DNA from: Dimorphilus gyrociliatus
Lineage: Eukaryota > Animalia > Annelida
Direction of reading: 5' to 3'
NCBI GenBank assembly: GCA_904063045.1
Contig: CAJFCJ010000001.1
Span: forward strand, 2,046,001-2,110,000
DNA length: 64,000 nt
The notes under the pieces were generated by a model, which was given only the letters and a program-made list of their open reading frames with translations, ran no database searches and was not told where the DNA came from. Made by a program: the position numbers and the translations under genes. Shown here piece by piece: positions 12,362 through 25,055 of this stretch (position 1 is the first letter of the stretch; every line of letters starts with the position of its first letter).

Positions 12362-15300
12362 ATGGCTGGAAAATATAAAAGACAAATACCTTTACCAGAC
12401 AAAGCGTTAAAAATGTAAGTAAAACTTTTTTCCTTGAAATTTAAATATAAAAAACGTATTAACTCTGGTAATAAACGCCAAAGACTCGAATTTTAGTTAA
12501 CACCACTTATAAAATAAAAAATTGGTTTTTTATTTGCATTTAGTATTATTTTCATAAATGGTTTACTTAAGAAAGTGAAAATTGGTAAAATATTATACTA
12601 TAGATGGCGTGACAATTTACCCATTACTTTGCTTAAATATTATCTATTGATCAACCTCTAAGGTGTTAATGACGTTTTCTTAAGAACAATTAAGTCAACT
12701 TATTTAATTAATTCCCATGAAGAAGAAAAAACAGTTTTCCTGATAATGGCTTTAATTGTGTATTAAGATTAAATAATTGCAAAAAATACTCTACAATTAT
12801 AGGAATTACGAAGGATTACGAAAAGAGCATTCAATTTTTCTTTGGAAGATACTTCTTTATACTCTAATCCTTCGTTGAAAATAGGAGATCTTATAATGTT
12901 CCCTCTATATGATATATCTGTATATATACATATTTACATCTTCATCGCTAGCGAAACCTTCCTTGTCCATTAGGATATTACTCCCTAGAAGCTAAAGTAA
13001 CTCTTACAAAAGGAAGGGTTAAGAAAGTGGAAATCGTTAGTCTGTAATGAAATAGATAGATTTAGTATTATCTTCTCTGTCATCAATCAATATTAATCTC
13101 CTATGATATATTGTGTTTATAATTATAATGTGATGCATATTGAATTGGACTACTTACCTGAATCAACGAGGGTTTATATATTTAGAGACAAAGAAACACA
13201 GAGGTGTTCTTTATAAAAACTGTTACCATATCAAAAACAACTTGATCAATATTGAATGAATTACTTTTAATTATGATGTTATAAGAGTTACTCATTGTAG
13301 TAACGTCGTTTTTATCTACACTTTTAGCAAATATTTACGAGTTGTTGTCATGGAAATTGCTAAAACAATCAGAATTATATCGTAAGCGAACTCTATGTTT
13401 GTCTAGTTTACATATTAAAATTCTTTACTATAACTTACCTATCCAATTTGTGACAAACTGCAAAAAATTATAAACCAAATATTACTGAAAAGCTTTTTAA
13501 TGTAAACGCGTGGTGCATCAGCGGGTGTCTATTGTTCCTTTGCGGCCGTGCAGAACTGTTAAACTACATCAGTTCCAGTAGTGCAATAATATATTATCAT
13601 ATGCATGTAATCAGCGATTCGGAACATTATTCGCTTATTTGACTGCAAGTCAGACAGACGGCAATGGATTTGCATGCTAATTAGACGGCAGTTGCAAACT
13701 TGGTTTGCTAGTTTAAAATATTGTATATGTGCTCGCATAAAATGACTATCTACGGAAAAAAGAAAAACGGCCAAGTTCTTTCAAAGGATTATAAGAGTCT
13801 GGAGGACATTTTAATCGTCAAAGGGTACGGACAGTATAAATATATCAAACTGCAATGGAATGTCAATAATTTATTCGATAAGTAAACTAAACGTTTATCT
13901 AACAGTAGAATATATTGAATCACAATCTCTTTGATCTTTATGCGCCATATTAATGTCTTTACTAAAGAAAAAAATGTTTGTAAAAGATAAAAAGGAATTA
14001 TCAGAGTTTGCGTAATGTATACATTATGTAAAATGTTTTTACGTTGTATTGACACTCCTTTTCATATTTAATGAATCGACAGGCCTATAAAAACTAACAA
14101 TAAATTAGGCCCAAGTTGAGTTGCGACAGTATGCCTTATAACTGCAGCGCTAATGTGCCGTGTTGTTGTAAATGTTACCCGTATTAAGAGAGAGAGATTA
14201 CTTTATACACCATGATAACAATGATTAATCAAAGGGCTAATTCTGATTGCTTAATAAAAGAAACTGAACCAGTGACTATCATAAGGAGGAGACGTCATAC
14301 AGTAGTTGGTGCTCTTAGAGTAGTACCTAAAACTCTTCACGATAGGTTTGTTAATAATTAATAACTTAGCCACTTACATAATTATCTTCGATACTAATTT
14401 CTCAATAGTTTCAAATGCATGCAATCACATCATCAACATTTTCCTATCGATGTATCATTTTTACCGTATTGCTTTTCTTTTCTGTCTACAGACACTCAAA
14501 CTTTATTTTTACTATCCAAGACAAACTAAAATATATATAGAATACTATAAATAATAACTCTCAGCACTTAGGTAATATGTACATTTGTTGTATTTATATC
14601 TGGTAATACAAGTTGATAATCTTTCCGTTACAAAAAGTTTGTAAAGCAAACTATAAAACGCAAAGTAGTATATGGTTTTTGTTTTGTTATTATCATGTAT
14701 ATATATATATATATATATATATACTATACTATACTGTATATATACTAATATATATAGTATCAATACTATATATTTAAAAATGATGATAAAAAATTAATTA
14801 ACTATTCGTCACGAACAGAAATAACCGATCTTTTTTTTTTTATTATAAAATATCAATAAGTTAAGTGTGTTAAGACACTCCTCTTTCTGTATTTTTATCT
14901 TTCTATTCTAACTTTTATAATAAACTAGCTGGAAGAGTTTACTTCTCATTTGGTTGGTGCCTTTTTCAAAAAAAATAATAAAAAATGGCAAACAAAGGAA
15001 AATATTAAGGGAGGGAAGAAGAGAAATAGGATTGAATAGGGAAAATAGCTTTTTTTGTATATGCCTAAACGAGTTTTACGATTCGTAATGTTTAGAGTGG
15101 GTTTTTTGTGTATTTTAGATAAAGGCGTTGATATATGATACCAGAGTAGAAATGGACTAATAATGGATTAAGCTTTTTAAAATTTTTACTAACGCGTAAT
15201 TAAATCCTACTGTTCGATAAAAAGGCACGAGAATATTTATTAATAGTAGGTCTTAGGTCATTAATGGTTTTAATGACAGGTATACAATTTCTATCTAAAT

Positions 15301-18300
15301 CTTGATATAGCATGATAGGGAGCGTTATTATTATTTTTTTTAATATCCATATAATATTCAATCGTTTATTTTCTCATTGACTATACAGAAAAAGCGTATC
15401 TAGAGTTGACACAATTCAAATCGACTCGAAAGATGTCGGTAAGATTGAACATCCTGCAGATGCGAGCGTTTTTCCTCGGCAATTCTCTCCAAGTTTTGAT
15501 GATGATTTTGGAAAGTAAGCATAATAATTATCTTCATTTACAATTGATATTCATGTTTCTCTTCTTTAAACTTTACTAAGGAATAGCGTTGTCTCAACTA
15601 AGTCATTGGCGAGCCCCGAATCAGCTTGTTCAAGTGGTCGGACGACTCCGACGCAAGTAACACAGAGTCAGCAATCTAAATCAATTGGCTCGCTAACCGA
15701 AAGGGACTCAATTGGTTCTTTCGAAGATGAATTCGATAGGAATCAAGGTCTCGAATTGAAAAAAGTTTTCGACGACATCGATCGAATGATGTTCGAACGC
15801 GAAACGCCCAGAGTTGAATCCGTACAAAGGAATAAAACGCTACATATTGAATGTAATCACTGGCTTGAAGCTTTTACACACTTGAGGTTTGTTATTTATT
15901 ATCTACATTCGAGTATCTCGCTCATTGCGAATAAAACACAACAGAATAAATGGAACGTCAGTGGTCTCAGGAGATTCCCGATTCATTGATTCAGGTTTCA
16001 CGTATATTGAAACAACACCCAAAGTTCCCAGCAATGTACTAGTAGACATCAGTGATAACGACTTATCATTAAGTCAAACCGATGAGTAAGTAATCTTATC
16101 TTGATATGAACAATTAAACTAATTAATGAAATTAATTTTTATCGTAATCTAGATTGAAAATTGTTGGCACCGAAGTTCAAGTAAACACAGTTCCAAAGGA
16201 AAAACTAAGAATAAATGATAAAGATCCTCCAGGAGAATATAGTATGTTCGAAGAAGAGATTATTGTAGAAGATGGGCATATTGAAGAAGTTTTCGCCTAC
16301 GATAATTCACCAGATTCGGAAGAAGTTGGCCTCCGTACACGAAGGAAAAGTACATGGCCCAAAGCCACTAGGGGTTTCCAATATCCTCCAATAACACCTC
16401 AAGAATGTTTAAAGGATAATGTAATACAAAATATATTTTACATTTTATGGAAACAGGTGAAAAAATATCTAATAAAGATTATAAAGTGAATTATAATCAT
16501 CTGTAATTTATTTGCAGTGCTCCGTACAAGTCGAACCTCTTTTAAAATTGTATTTAGACTCAATAAATTCAACTCAAACTGTCCAAGGGAAAGAAAAAGA
16601 AACAATCAATATTCTCCCCTCTCCCTCGTTTACTCTACAAGAGTCGAGGGAGACATCAAATATATTTAATACGAAACTATCTTTGGCTTTACCGGAAAAG
16701 GTAAACTTTTTCTCTTTTTTGTATTATATACATTTAATTTCTATTCAGTATATAAACAAAATAACAGTATATCTATATATTTATATATTCTCATATACTG
16801 TATATAATATATAGATATAACATGTCTATAATTTTCTAAAAGGCGCTCCTTTTAAATTCAATGTTTTTTCTTCTATTCTCTCTTTCTGTACTTTTTTCTC
16901 TTTCTCTTTTTCCTCTTGTGTTTCCTTTTCTTTATTCAATTCCTTATATAAACTACTTAAATTATTATCCTATTCTGATCGATTAATTCAGTATTATCCC
17001 TTTTATGCGTTCCTGGTAATTAAACAGCGGTTGTACACTGCAAATACATGCTCCGTAGATGATCTAAAAGATTTGACTCCAAGATCATATTTGGGGATTG
17101 TAAGCAAAAAAAATTACATGATTGATAGTGTTCCTATTTGTTTTTTTACCCATTCCACCACTCCATAGTATTCTATTATCATTTATTAGATTTTATTATT
17201 TATATAGTTGTTTCTTGACAAAATAAGTAAAACAGCAAACTTTTTTTTTATGATTTTTTTAACCCCCCTTTAAGAAAAAAAAGTCTGTTTGTTTTTATAT
17301 TGTTAAAAAAGAAAAAGTGAATAAAAAATTGTTATTCTTTTCTTGTAATCACTTTAATCAAAAAATCAAACAGGAAATTAATTTTTAAAAAAAAAACCCA
17401 ATAAAATGTTGATTGATTGAAGAATTTATGGGTTTTTGTGTAAACGGCACTCATTAGTCATTTTTTTTGCTGTTAAATATCACTTTTACATTATTTAAGT
17501 ATAGATTTTGACAATTTATATTATTTTATTCACTAATATTAATTATTCGTTAATAATTTGTGAAAAAATATCATCTTTTCAGAATAATAATCCAACAAAC
17601 AAGTCAGGGGAATTAATTATTGGAAAAGCTATGCTCATAAGTAAAATGTCTCTACAGAGAAGGGAAAAATCTATACAGTAAGTTAATAATAAAATTTAGG
17701 TTCAACGATGATAATTGCATCTTATAATTAGTAATGAAACTTTGGAGCCACATAGCTCGTTTGGTCAAAGTCGACCACAGAGTATGACTAAACGTGGGGA
17801 ACGTATGGGAACTAGTATAAAGAGATCTAGGGGAACATTGCCCCCTGTTGAAAGAAATAAAACCCCTCAGGTTGATGATCTTATAAGTCCACCGATGCAA
17901 AATGAAGTAATTAAAGGAAAGGCTCTGAGTCAAAAACAGTTACCACCGATTGGTGTAACAGAACAAATTTGGGACACAAAATATACATCAACTGCCCGAG
18001 CAGCAAGTGCTCATCATAAAGATAAATCCAACTTTACGTTAGACGGCAGACCATCAACTACTCACTCAAATTATGCAAATGTTCATAAACGCTTCGAGAT
18101 AGGAACCCCTCAGGGTAGGAACGTAACAAACACTCAGGGATTGAACGTTCAGGGTAGCAATTTTGGCGGATATCATCAAGACGATACTTCCGAATGGGGT
18201 AGATTTGTTTGAACAACCTTGAACATGCTTATTAATAATTCGTGTTTTTTTTTTAAAAAACAGCCGCCAATCAGTACCTTTCAAAGACGTCTAGCCATTC

Positions 18301-18361
18301 CAGACCAAATCGCTTATCAATCTCTAGTAATTCCGCTTTGCCTTACTCAAGTAACAGGTAG
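12362..18361 (+). CDS. FAM149B1: FAM149 family (DUF3719) protein, multi-exon
   Basis: EFDRNQGLELKKVFDDIDRMMFE...ECNHWLEAFTHLR matches DUF3719. First exon 12362-12414 (MAGKYKRQIP, phase 2, GTAAGT donor) joins exon 15389 in frame. Stop TAG at 18359-18361. Exon structure at 16.7-17.8 kb is partly unresolved. Confidence 0.8.
14698..14722. repeat. (TA)n microsatellite
   Basis: Perfect TA run in a FAM149 intron. Confidence 0.9.
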
Positions 18362-18665
18362 CGGTTAAATTAAAAAAAAAAAACAAAACTTGTCCCTACC
18401 ATCCAAGGTCTTTCAGCTACCTCATAAATATTAAAAACAACTCAAAACAGCTTGGCGAATGTTTTACTTTTTTAAAATGTCTTTGTTTTCTCTTGTATAA
18501 CAAATTTTTGTTAAAAAGAAATATTGCGTGTACTTTAATTCTAACATGCAGAAACGTTGTATAATAAACTTTTATTGATATCTGATAACAATTGTTGTTT
18601 ATAATATACTCATAATAATTTAGGCTTAATTATTGATTGGCTACTTTTTCTACGATTCTTTTATG

Positions 18666-20009
18666 TTAAAGAAATTCATCGTCTTCTTCATCGTCGTCGT
18701 CTTCCAAAACCATTCCTTGAAATAGTTGATTATAGCATGGTGATTGATGATCTGTAAAATGTGTATATGGAGAATATTTATTTAAAACTTTATTGCAAAT
18801 CCAGCAGAAGTTTTGACGGCATTTCCAGCATTGCATCCTGTTACATCCGCTAGCTTTTTGAATAAATGTTCTACAGTTGGGGCATTTCTTACTATTTTCT
18901 TTCAACCATTCATTACTGGACATTTCCTCAATCAATTTTTTAATAGTTTTTTGCCCATATTCTCTTTCTAAAGCAGCTTTTTCGGAACTATTAGCTTTTA
19001 AATAAGCATCTCGTATACTCTGCATGTCTTCTGGACGTATAGTACATGAATTAACACCGTGGCTGGCTCTCTTACATATTCTGCAGAAAACGTAATGGCA
19101 TTTAGGACATTCTTCATAGTTCTCATTGGAGCCGAAAAGAACTGGGGTTCCGCACCATGATCGGGGACAGAATATAATATTATCCATTTGATCGATGGCA
19201 TATTGCAGTAAAAGTCTTTCGTACCTTTCGAACAAGCCTTCTGAAAGACATTTTTTAACTTGTTGAGGAAGAGCCTCGCTCTCGCACTTATCACTTGGAC
19301 ATACAAGATTATTAACACTCCCTTCATCGATAAGTACTCGGAAATAATCTGTTATACAATTATTACAGAATGCATGATCACAGGGTATAAATCGGAAACA
19401 ATTCCTTCCTGACATAGATTCAAAACAAATTGCGCAATCGTGCAAACTATTTTCAAATTCTATCTCCAGTGTTTGTTTATTATGTTCCAATACATATTCA
19501 ACAATTTCCTCCGGTGAGAGGTTAAAATTGACAGCCTTTTTATTTAAATCTGTATTGCAGCTTGTAAAGTTTATAGTGTTGCTAATTTCCAATGTATTCA
19601 AAAGATCATTTTGTAGATAGTTAATCCACCTGTAAAGAACAACCTGACCCTCTGAATCGGTCCATATATCGTCGAATTGCTTGCAAACTTTATTAAATTG
19701 TTCATTATTAAGCCATTTGCAAATTAAGGTATATATGGGAGGGGCTGAAGACGGATAATTTGGTGGCAAGCTGAATTGAAGTTCAACTGGAGGTAGAAAC
19801 TTTAACTTCAATTTTCCGTCTTGTTTATTCTTATACTGAAGGTATTTTGCATCATCACTGCACTCTATCGTTAAACTATTTTCTAAGTAAGTGTTTACGG
19901 CAATATTTCCCGACATACGACCTTCCTCTTTGAAGAATTGGATTTCTTCATTCTCAAACATCGATTCCAAAGCTAATTTCTCATTTTGCTGTTCTTCTTC
20001 ATCTTCCAT
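18666..20009 (-). CDS. RNF14: RBR E3 ubiquitin ligase RNF14 (RWD-RING1-IBR-RING2), intronless
   Basis: RWD motif LPPNYPS; RING1 CAICFE...CDHAFCNNC; IBR CPRSWC...CPKCHYVFCRIC; RING2 CPNC...SGCNRMQC with the catalytic Cys. Confidence 0.93.
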   Translation of the reverse strand: MEDEEEQQNEKLALESMFENEEIQFFKEEGRMSGNIAVNTYLENSLTIECSDDAKYLQYKNKQDGKLKLKFLPPVELQFSLPPNYPSSAPPIYTLICKWLNNEQFNKVCKQFDDIWTDSEGQVVLYRWINYLQNDLLNTLEISNTINFTSCNTDLNKKAVNFNLSPEEIVEYVLEHNKQTLEIEFENSLHDCAICFESMSGRNCFRFIPCDHAFCNNCITDYFRVLIDEGSVNNLVCPSDKCESEALPQQVKKCLSEGLFERYERLLLQYAIDQMDNIIFCPRSWCGTPVLFGSNENYEECPKCHYVFCRICKRASHGVNSCTIRPEDMQSIRDAYLKANSSEKAALEREYGQKTIKKLIEEMSSNEWLKENSKKCPNCRTFIQKASGCNRMQCWKCRQNFCWICNKVLNKYSPYTHFTDHQSPCYNQLFQGMVLEDDDDEEDDEFL

Positions 20010-20438
20010 TCTTGATTATTTTGTAGAATTAATCTGTTCTAATAAATAAGTACCCCTGTTGTTTCTATGCTATGTTTTGCGTAAACAAAATCATAATATT
20101 AAGGCAATTGTTGCAAGATCACGTTGTTATCGCGCAATAATACCTTTCTGACCAAAAGAACGTGGACACTGCGTGCGCGCCGAAACATTTTCGATCTTGC
20201 TTTACTAACAACGGACGAAACGAATTTTTAAAGGAACCAATATTAAAATACTTGTCAATCGGATTCATAAATATCATTGCTTGTGTTGAAAATAAAATTG
20301 TTAATTCATCCAATCAACTAATTAGCAAGAGCAGAGGGAAACGCATTGAAAACTATTATTAAAATCGTCGGTCATTTAGAATTCGTGTTTGGACTTGACA
20401 ACGCCTTGTTTTAATGAATTGGCTCGCATTCGGGAGTA

Positions 20439-21377
20439 ATGAGCGATAGACCAAGACCGGTTACTGCAAGAGCTGCTCGACCAAAGATTGATCGAGTAAT
20501 TCATAGCAAATCTTTAGATTCGTTCAGTTCTGATTCGGGTTCCACAGAGTCCTTGACATCTGTTTTAAATCATAATAGTTACAGCAGTCCTGTAGAGAGC
20601 GATGTTGAAAAAACAACGAACGGAAGCCTTATAAGGAAGGTAAAAAAGCCGAAGGAAAATCAATTATCATCGGATGAACAGAAGAAGATATCATGGAAAG
20701 AATGGCTCATAAACAAAGAAAAAGAATTGAGAAAGAAGCGAGCCATTGAGCACGAAAAAACCCAGGAGATGACAAAAAAACAGATAGAAGAAAAACAAAA
20801 GAAGGAAGAAGCTAAAGAGAAAGCAATCAAAAAGTATGCTGAATGGTTAGAAAAAAAGAAACAATCAGAAAAATGCTTAAATGATAAATCTCCAATTAAG
20901 GAAAAAGAGCCTATTAAAAAAGTTCATACCGATGCAAAAAAAGTAGCCGAACAAGTGGAAAAATGGGAAATAAAAAAGAAAAAAGAAGCTGCCGCATTAA
21001 AAAAAAAGGTATTAATTGATAGAAATAAAGTGTTTTTTGTGTTTGTTGTCTGATCTAAAAATATCTTTTTCTGTCTAAAATAGAAGCAGGATGAAGCAAA
21101 AAAATCTGAAGAAGAGGAGACAAAAAAGAAAGAAAAAGCTGAAAAAGCCTATCAAAAATGGTTAGACCAAGCAAAATCTAGACCTAAATCGTCGTGTAGT
21201 AGTTATGGATATACAGGTGGGAAATTAACTGGTTACCATGATATGGCAGCTTATCCTCAGCCATCGTTTATAAATCCCGAGCCGTGGAGACCTTTGGATA
21301 TTCCAAAACAAGAAAAGACTATAAAACCGGCTAAATTAAGAAAGAAGTACGCGTGGAATCCCGATAAATACTTTTAA
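20439..21377 (+). CDS. CCDC34: Coiled-coil domain-containing protein 34
   Basis: SWKEWLINKE coiled coil; intron 21009-21083; C-terminal GYTGGKLTGYHDMAAYPQPSFINPEPWRP matches the CCDC34 signature. Confidence 0.87.
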
Positions 21378-21416
21378 AACAATTGTTTGTATATTTTGTT
21401 TCTTGTTTCTGATATT

Positions 21417-23294
21417 CTAAGATGCGTTTTGGATGGAAGAAGCCGGTAGCACAGAGGGATTAACTCCCGAGTTTGTCAATCCGTTATTGTTTTGATGGTT
21501 ATTTCGTTTTCTTTTATCGTCAAACCTAAGTCGGTCCTTGTGAACGTAATCTTGAATATTTGGTAAACCCTTAACTATACATGCACTGAGCGCGCTTCGG
21601 TAAATATTCATGTCAGTAGCATCGTACCATTCCTCTGTATTAGGATCGTAACACTCTACATTGTAGATAGTTGTTACACCATTAAAACCTCCAATAGCGA
21701 AGACCATATCATCTATTATCTCAACACCGAAATTACTTCTTGGAGAGTACATATCCGCAATATTTGTCCAGGTATTCGTCTCGGAATTCCATCGTTCCCC
21801 ATTATTCATTCTTGTAACTCCGTTGAAACCTCCAAGTGCATAAATGAAGTTGCGGTGTGCTATAATTCCAACACCGGATCGCCTACTTCTCATTTCATTT
21901 ATCAAAGTCCATGTATCGGTTTTTGGATCATAAGCCTCAGCTGAACTTAAACACTCTACACCATTAAAGCCACCTGCAATGTATACCTTTCCATTTAAAG
22001 TTGTTGCACTAGCATCGGATCTTTGATGAATCATTGGAGCTATTAGACTCCATTGATTATCAGATGGAGTATAACGCTCTGCTGTATTTTGTCTGACGTG
22101 ACCATCAAAGCCTCCCATTGCATAGATACAACTATTCAGGACAGCTACGCTTACGTAGCATCGTCTCGCATTCATTGGCGCTACCTCCTTCCATGTGTGC
22201 TTTACGGGGTCAAAGCACCTAACCGAATTGAAATAATCCATACCATCGAATCCGCCCACAATGTAAATACAATAGCCAACAGTGGCACAGCCATGATAGG
22301 CCCGAGGGCCTCTATCCGTTGATTCAATCATAACCCACCGATCCGCCCTTGTATCATAAGATTCGATAACATTAGTAGGACTTCCACCACTCCATCCACC
22401 AACAGCAAAGAGAATTTCATGAGGTAGACGCGGTCTTGCTAAAGGATGGGAGAGATCTATCTCTTTTCCATCTTCCATATCGAGGTCGTAAAGAAATTTT
22501 AAAGTATCAATAACGAGAGGTCGACAATCTTCGTTATCCTTCACATATGGGTGAACTTTTACTGTCTCGACAAAGTATTGTGTGCTTAAAAGACCAAGAC
22601 GGATGCATTTCATGAGACTCATCATATAGCATTTCCGCTTTTGTGGATTATATTTAATCCATTTTAGGCAGGAATCGAAAACGAATTCTTCATTTTTAAC
22701 GTTCAATTCATCGGCCGACACTAGTTCAATCATTTGATCAGCTGTCAAGTATATAAATTCATCACTTTTCATAGCGATATTAACGAAATTCTCTAGTATA
22801 AATTGATAACAGTATTTTTCCAGTTTGTGACAAAAGTATCGCCTCGCAAAGTTCCTAATTCCAATAGCATTTTCGGCATCTATCTGAGAGCGAAGAAATT
22901 CGCAGCATTTCTTAATTAGACCCAAAACGTTAAACTGGTCAGCTGCAGGTAGCAGGCGTTCAACGTTCTCTGTACTAATTGTAACACCCCTCGTATAAGC
23001 ATATTCAATAATCAACGCCATTATATCTTTTTGAATGTTTGGTATCAAAACTTCTTTTTGAACGGATTCATTCATACCATTTGTAAATAGAGCTCTAAAA
23101 TAGGGACTGCAAGCACTAAGAATTGCCCTATGAACTGGAAAGCTCCCATCTTCCACCCTTATAACAGCATCGCATAATTGTCCTGATTTCCGCAATTCAT
23201 TTAAAACATTACAGCCCTCAGAACTTATTCTCTTATCGCAACTAACTGATTCATCAGAATTAGGGGTTCGGTTGAGTCGAGCTTTTTGACTCAT
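21417..23294 (-). CDS. KLHL10: Kelch-like protein 10 (BTB-BACK-Kelch), intronless
   Basis: BTB HRAILSACSPYFRALFT; KLHL10-type PRLPHEILFAVGGWSGGSPTN, YDTRADRW and RCYVSVAVL; six kelch repeats. Confidence 0.92.
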   Translation of the reverse strand: MSQKARLNRTPNSDESVSCDKRISSEGCNVLNELRKSGQLCDAVIRVEDGSFPVHRAILSACSPYFRALFTNGMNESVQKEVLIPNIQKDIMALIIEYAYTRGVTISTENVERLLPAADQFNVLGLIKKCCEFLRSQIDAENAIGIRNFARRYFCHKLEKYCYQFILENFVNIAMKSDEFIYLTADQMIELVSADELNVKNEEFVFDSCLKWIKYNPQKRKCYMMSLMKCIRLGLLSTQYFVETVKVHPYVKDNEDCRPLVIDTLKFLYDLDMEDGKEIDLSHPLARPRLPHEILFAVGGWSGGSPTNVIESYDTRADRWVMIESTDRGPRAYHGCATVGYCIYIVGGFDGMDYFNSVRCFDPVKHTWKEVAPMNARRCYVSVAVLNSCIYAMGGFDGHVRQNTAERYTPSDNQWSLIAPMIHQRSDASATTLNGKVYIAGGFNGVECLSSAEAYDPKTDTWTLINEMRSRRSGVGIIAHRNFIYALGGFNGVTRMNNGERWNSETNTWTNIADMYSPRSNFGVEIIDDMVFAIGGFNGVTTIYNVECYDPNTEEWYDATDMNIYRSALSACIVKGLPNIQDYVHKDRLRFDDKRKRNNHQNNNGLTNSGVNPSVLPASSIQNAS

Positions 23295-23666
23295 GTATAA
23301 ATGGCCGCTTTGGGGATGGTAAAAAATTGATGCATTTGCTTAAAGTTTATATCCGTTCATTAGCGGCGCTTTTGAATTCACTAATGACGTCATAAGAGAA
23401 ACAATTGAAATTCGCAGACGGGTGGAAGATCCACATAAAAGATAGTATATCAGATTTCTGTACTAAACCAAGCTGGGTTGGTAATTTAACCCTTTTTATA
23501 GCCTCCTCCCGCCGCGATTTTGTAGGTGTAAATAGGCCTATAAAACTATATACAAGAATAGTGGAGACTACGAGCCACTTGGGGACTAACGACGCAATTT
23601 GAAGCTCTAAGTACGCTATTACATCCGAAACCCGGGCTAGCAACGCCTCTACGTTCGTTTGGCAGT

Positions 23667-25055
23667 TTGTCTTCAGGCATGACGCGGATAGTACTATTCA
23701 GGGCTCTCTTACTACAAACCTTTTTCTATATAACTGTTTACAGTTCAACGTATAATTGTAACTCAAATGAATTTCTGGAACAAGCAAAGAAAGATTGTCC
23801 ATACTTTGGAGCAAGAGAGAGGAGATTTTGTATCCAGACGAAAATACGCGTATGCCGAAGGTGCCAGAGAGATCCGTTATACTCGGGTTGCGGTAAAGCT
23901 CCAAAAACTACATTTCAACCATCAATACAACCAATGGAAGTGAACGTAAAATCGTCTAATTCTGTTGATACCAGCGCTTACGGAGAGAAAATGAGGTACG
24001 TTTATAGGTCTATTATATTGTTTACATCCAGTACAATTGGTAGAGTTTCGTAAAACGATTTTTTTCCACTTATTTATTATTATAGGAAAAAGGTATACGA
24101 GACAATGCAAAAACTCCATAAAGTTCAACAAAAACTTACCGAACCGGTAAACCAAGTGCCAACTGGCGATTACATAATGAAACAGTTTCACGACGAAAAG
24201 AAAAAAGCTATCGAACAAAATAGAAAGCGTTATGAAACCAAAGGTTCACTTAATGTTAACAAACAAGCTTGTAGACCGTCTGTAAATGCTATTAAGGTTA
24301 ACAGCCATGTCTACTTTGATATAGCCAAATTAAGAACCGCTGAGAGAGTTGAATGGGCATTTTTAAGATTAAAGAGTAAAAGTGCAAGCTATGTTAAAAA
24401 GATTTTAAGGGCCAATGGGTGTAGGGCCAAAGACTCTGATCATGTCAGTTTAATATTGAAACCTAGCAAACTATCAAGACTTTGGTCAGGATTTAGGATT
24501 GAGGCGGACAAAACAAAGAAAAGTCTAAAAGTCGACACAGGACGGGCATTTAAAGCGAACAAATGGTATAGTATTCCTATGAAAACATCATTACTGGATA
24601 GGTGGATGGATAAAAATATAGAGAATTCAGGTGCTCAAATTCTTGTTAAAATTGGTCGATGTCGAAGGTTTTTGGCCTCGGATTTATTCCATATTCACGA
24701 TTGTAGAACTGGTCCAAGTAAATAGATTTTTTCTGTTATTATTAATATTATTACTATTCAACTAATTCCGCTTATAACTTTGCATTTCTTTGCAGTAAAA
24801 GTTCAAACGGTAACACCTATCTTAATACCAGAAAATGAAATATATTCAGTGAACAATGTTTTCATAAATACTGGAATATTTCCATTTATGGATATAATGG
24901 TAAAGGAGGATGATAATTTGAAAGAGGCACCCTTCTTTGAACAAAAAAATCCCAAGAGGCAGGCCCAATTAGAAGAGTATGTCTCTAGTGAGGATTCTAT
25001 ATTAAAAAAACACTTTTTACACCTAAAAAATAACCTCTTTAGAATAAATATTTAG
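23667..25055 (+). CDS. Secreted TGF-beta (myostatin/activin-type) propeptide protein lacking the mature cystine-knot domain, about 406 aa
   Basis: Exons 23667-23995, 24086-24717 and 24796-25055 join in frame. Signal peptide, CxxC motif, VYFDI...VEWAFLRL, KWYSIPMKTSLLDRW...NSGAQI and GIFPFMDIMV match prodomain motifs. No Cys in the last exon. Confidence 0.72.
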
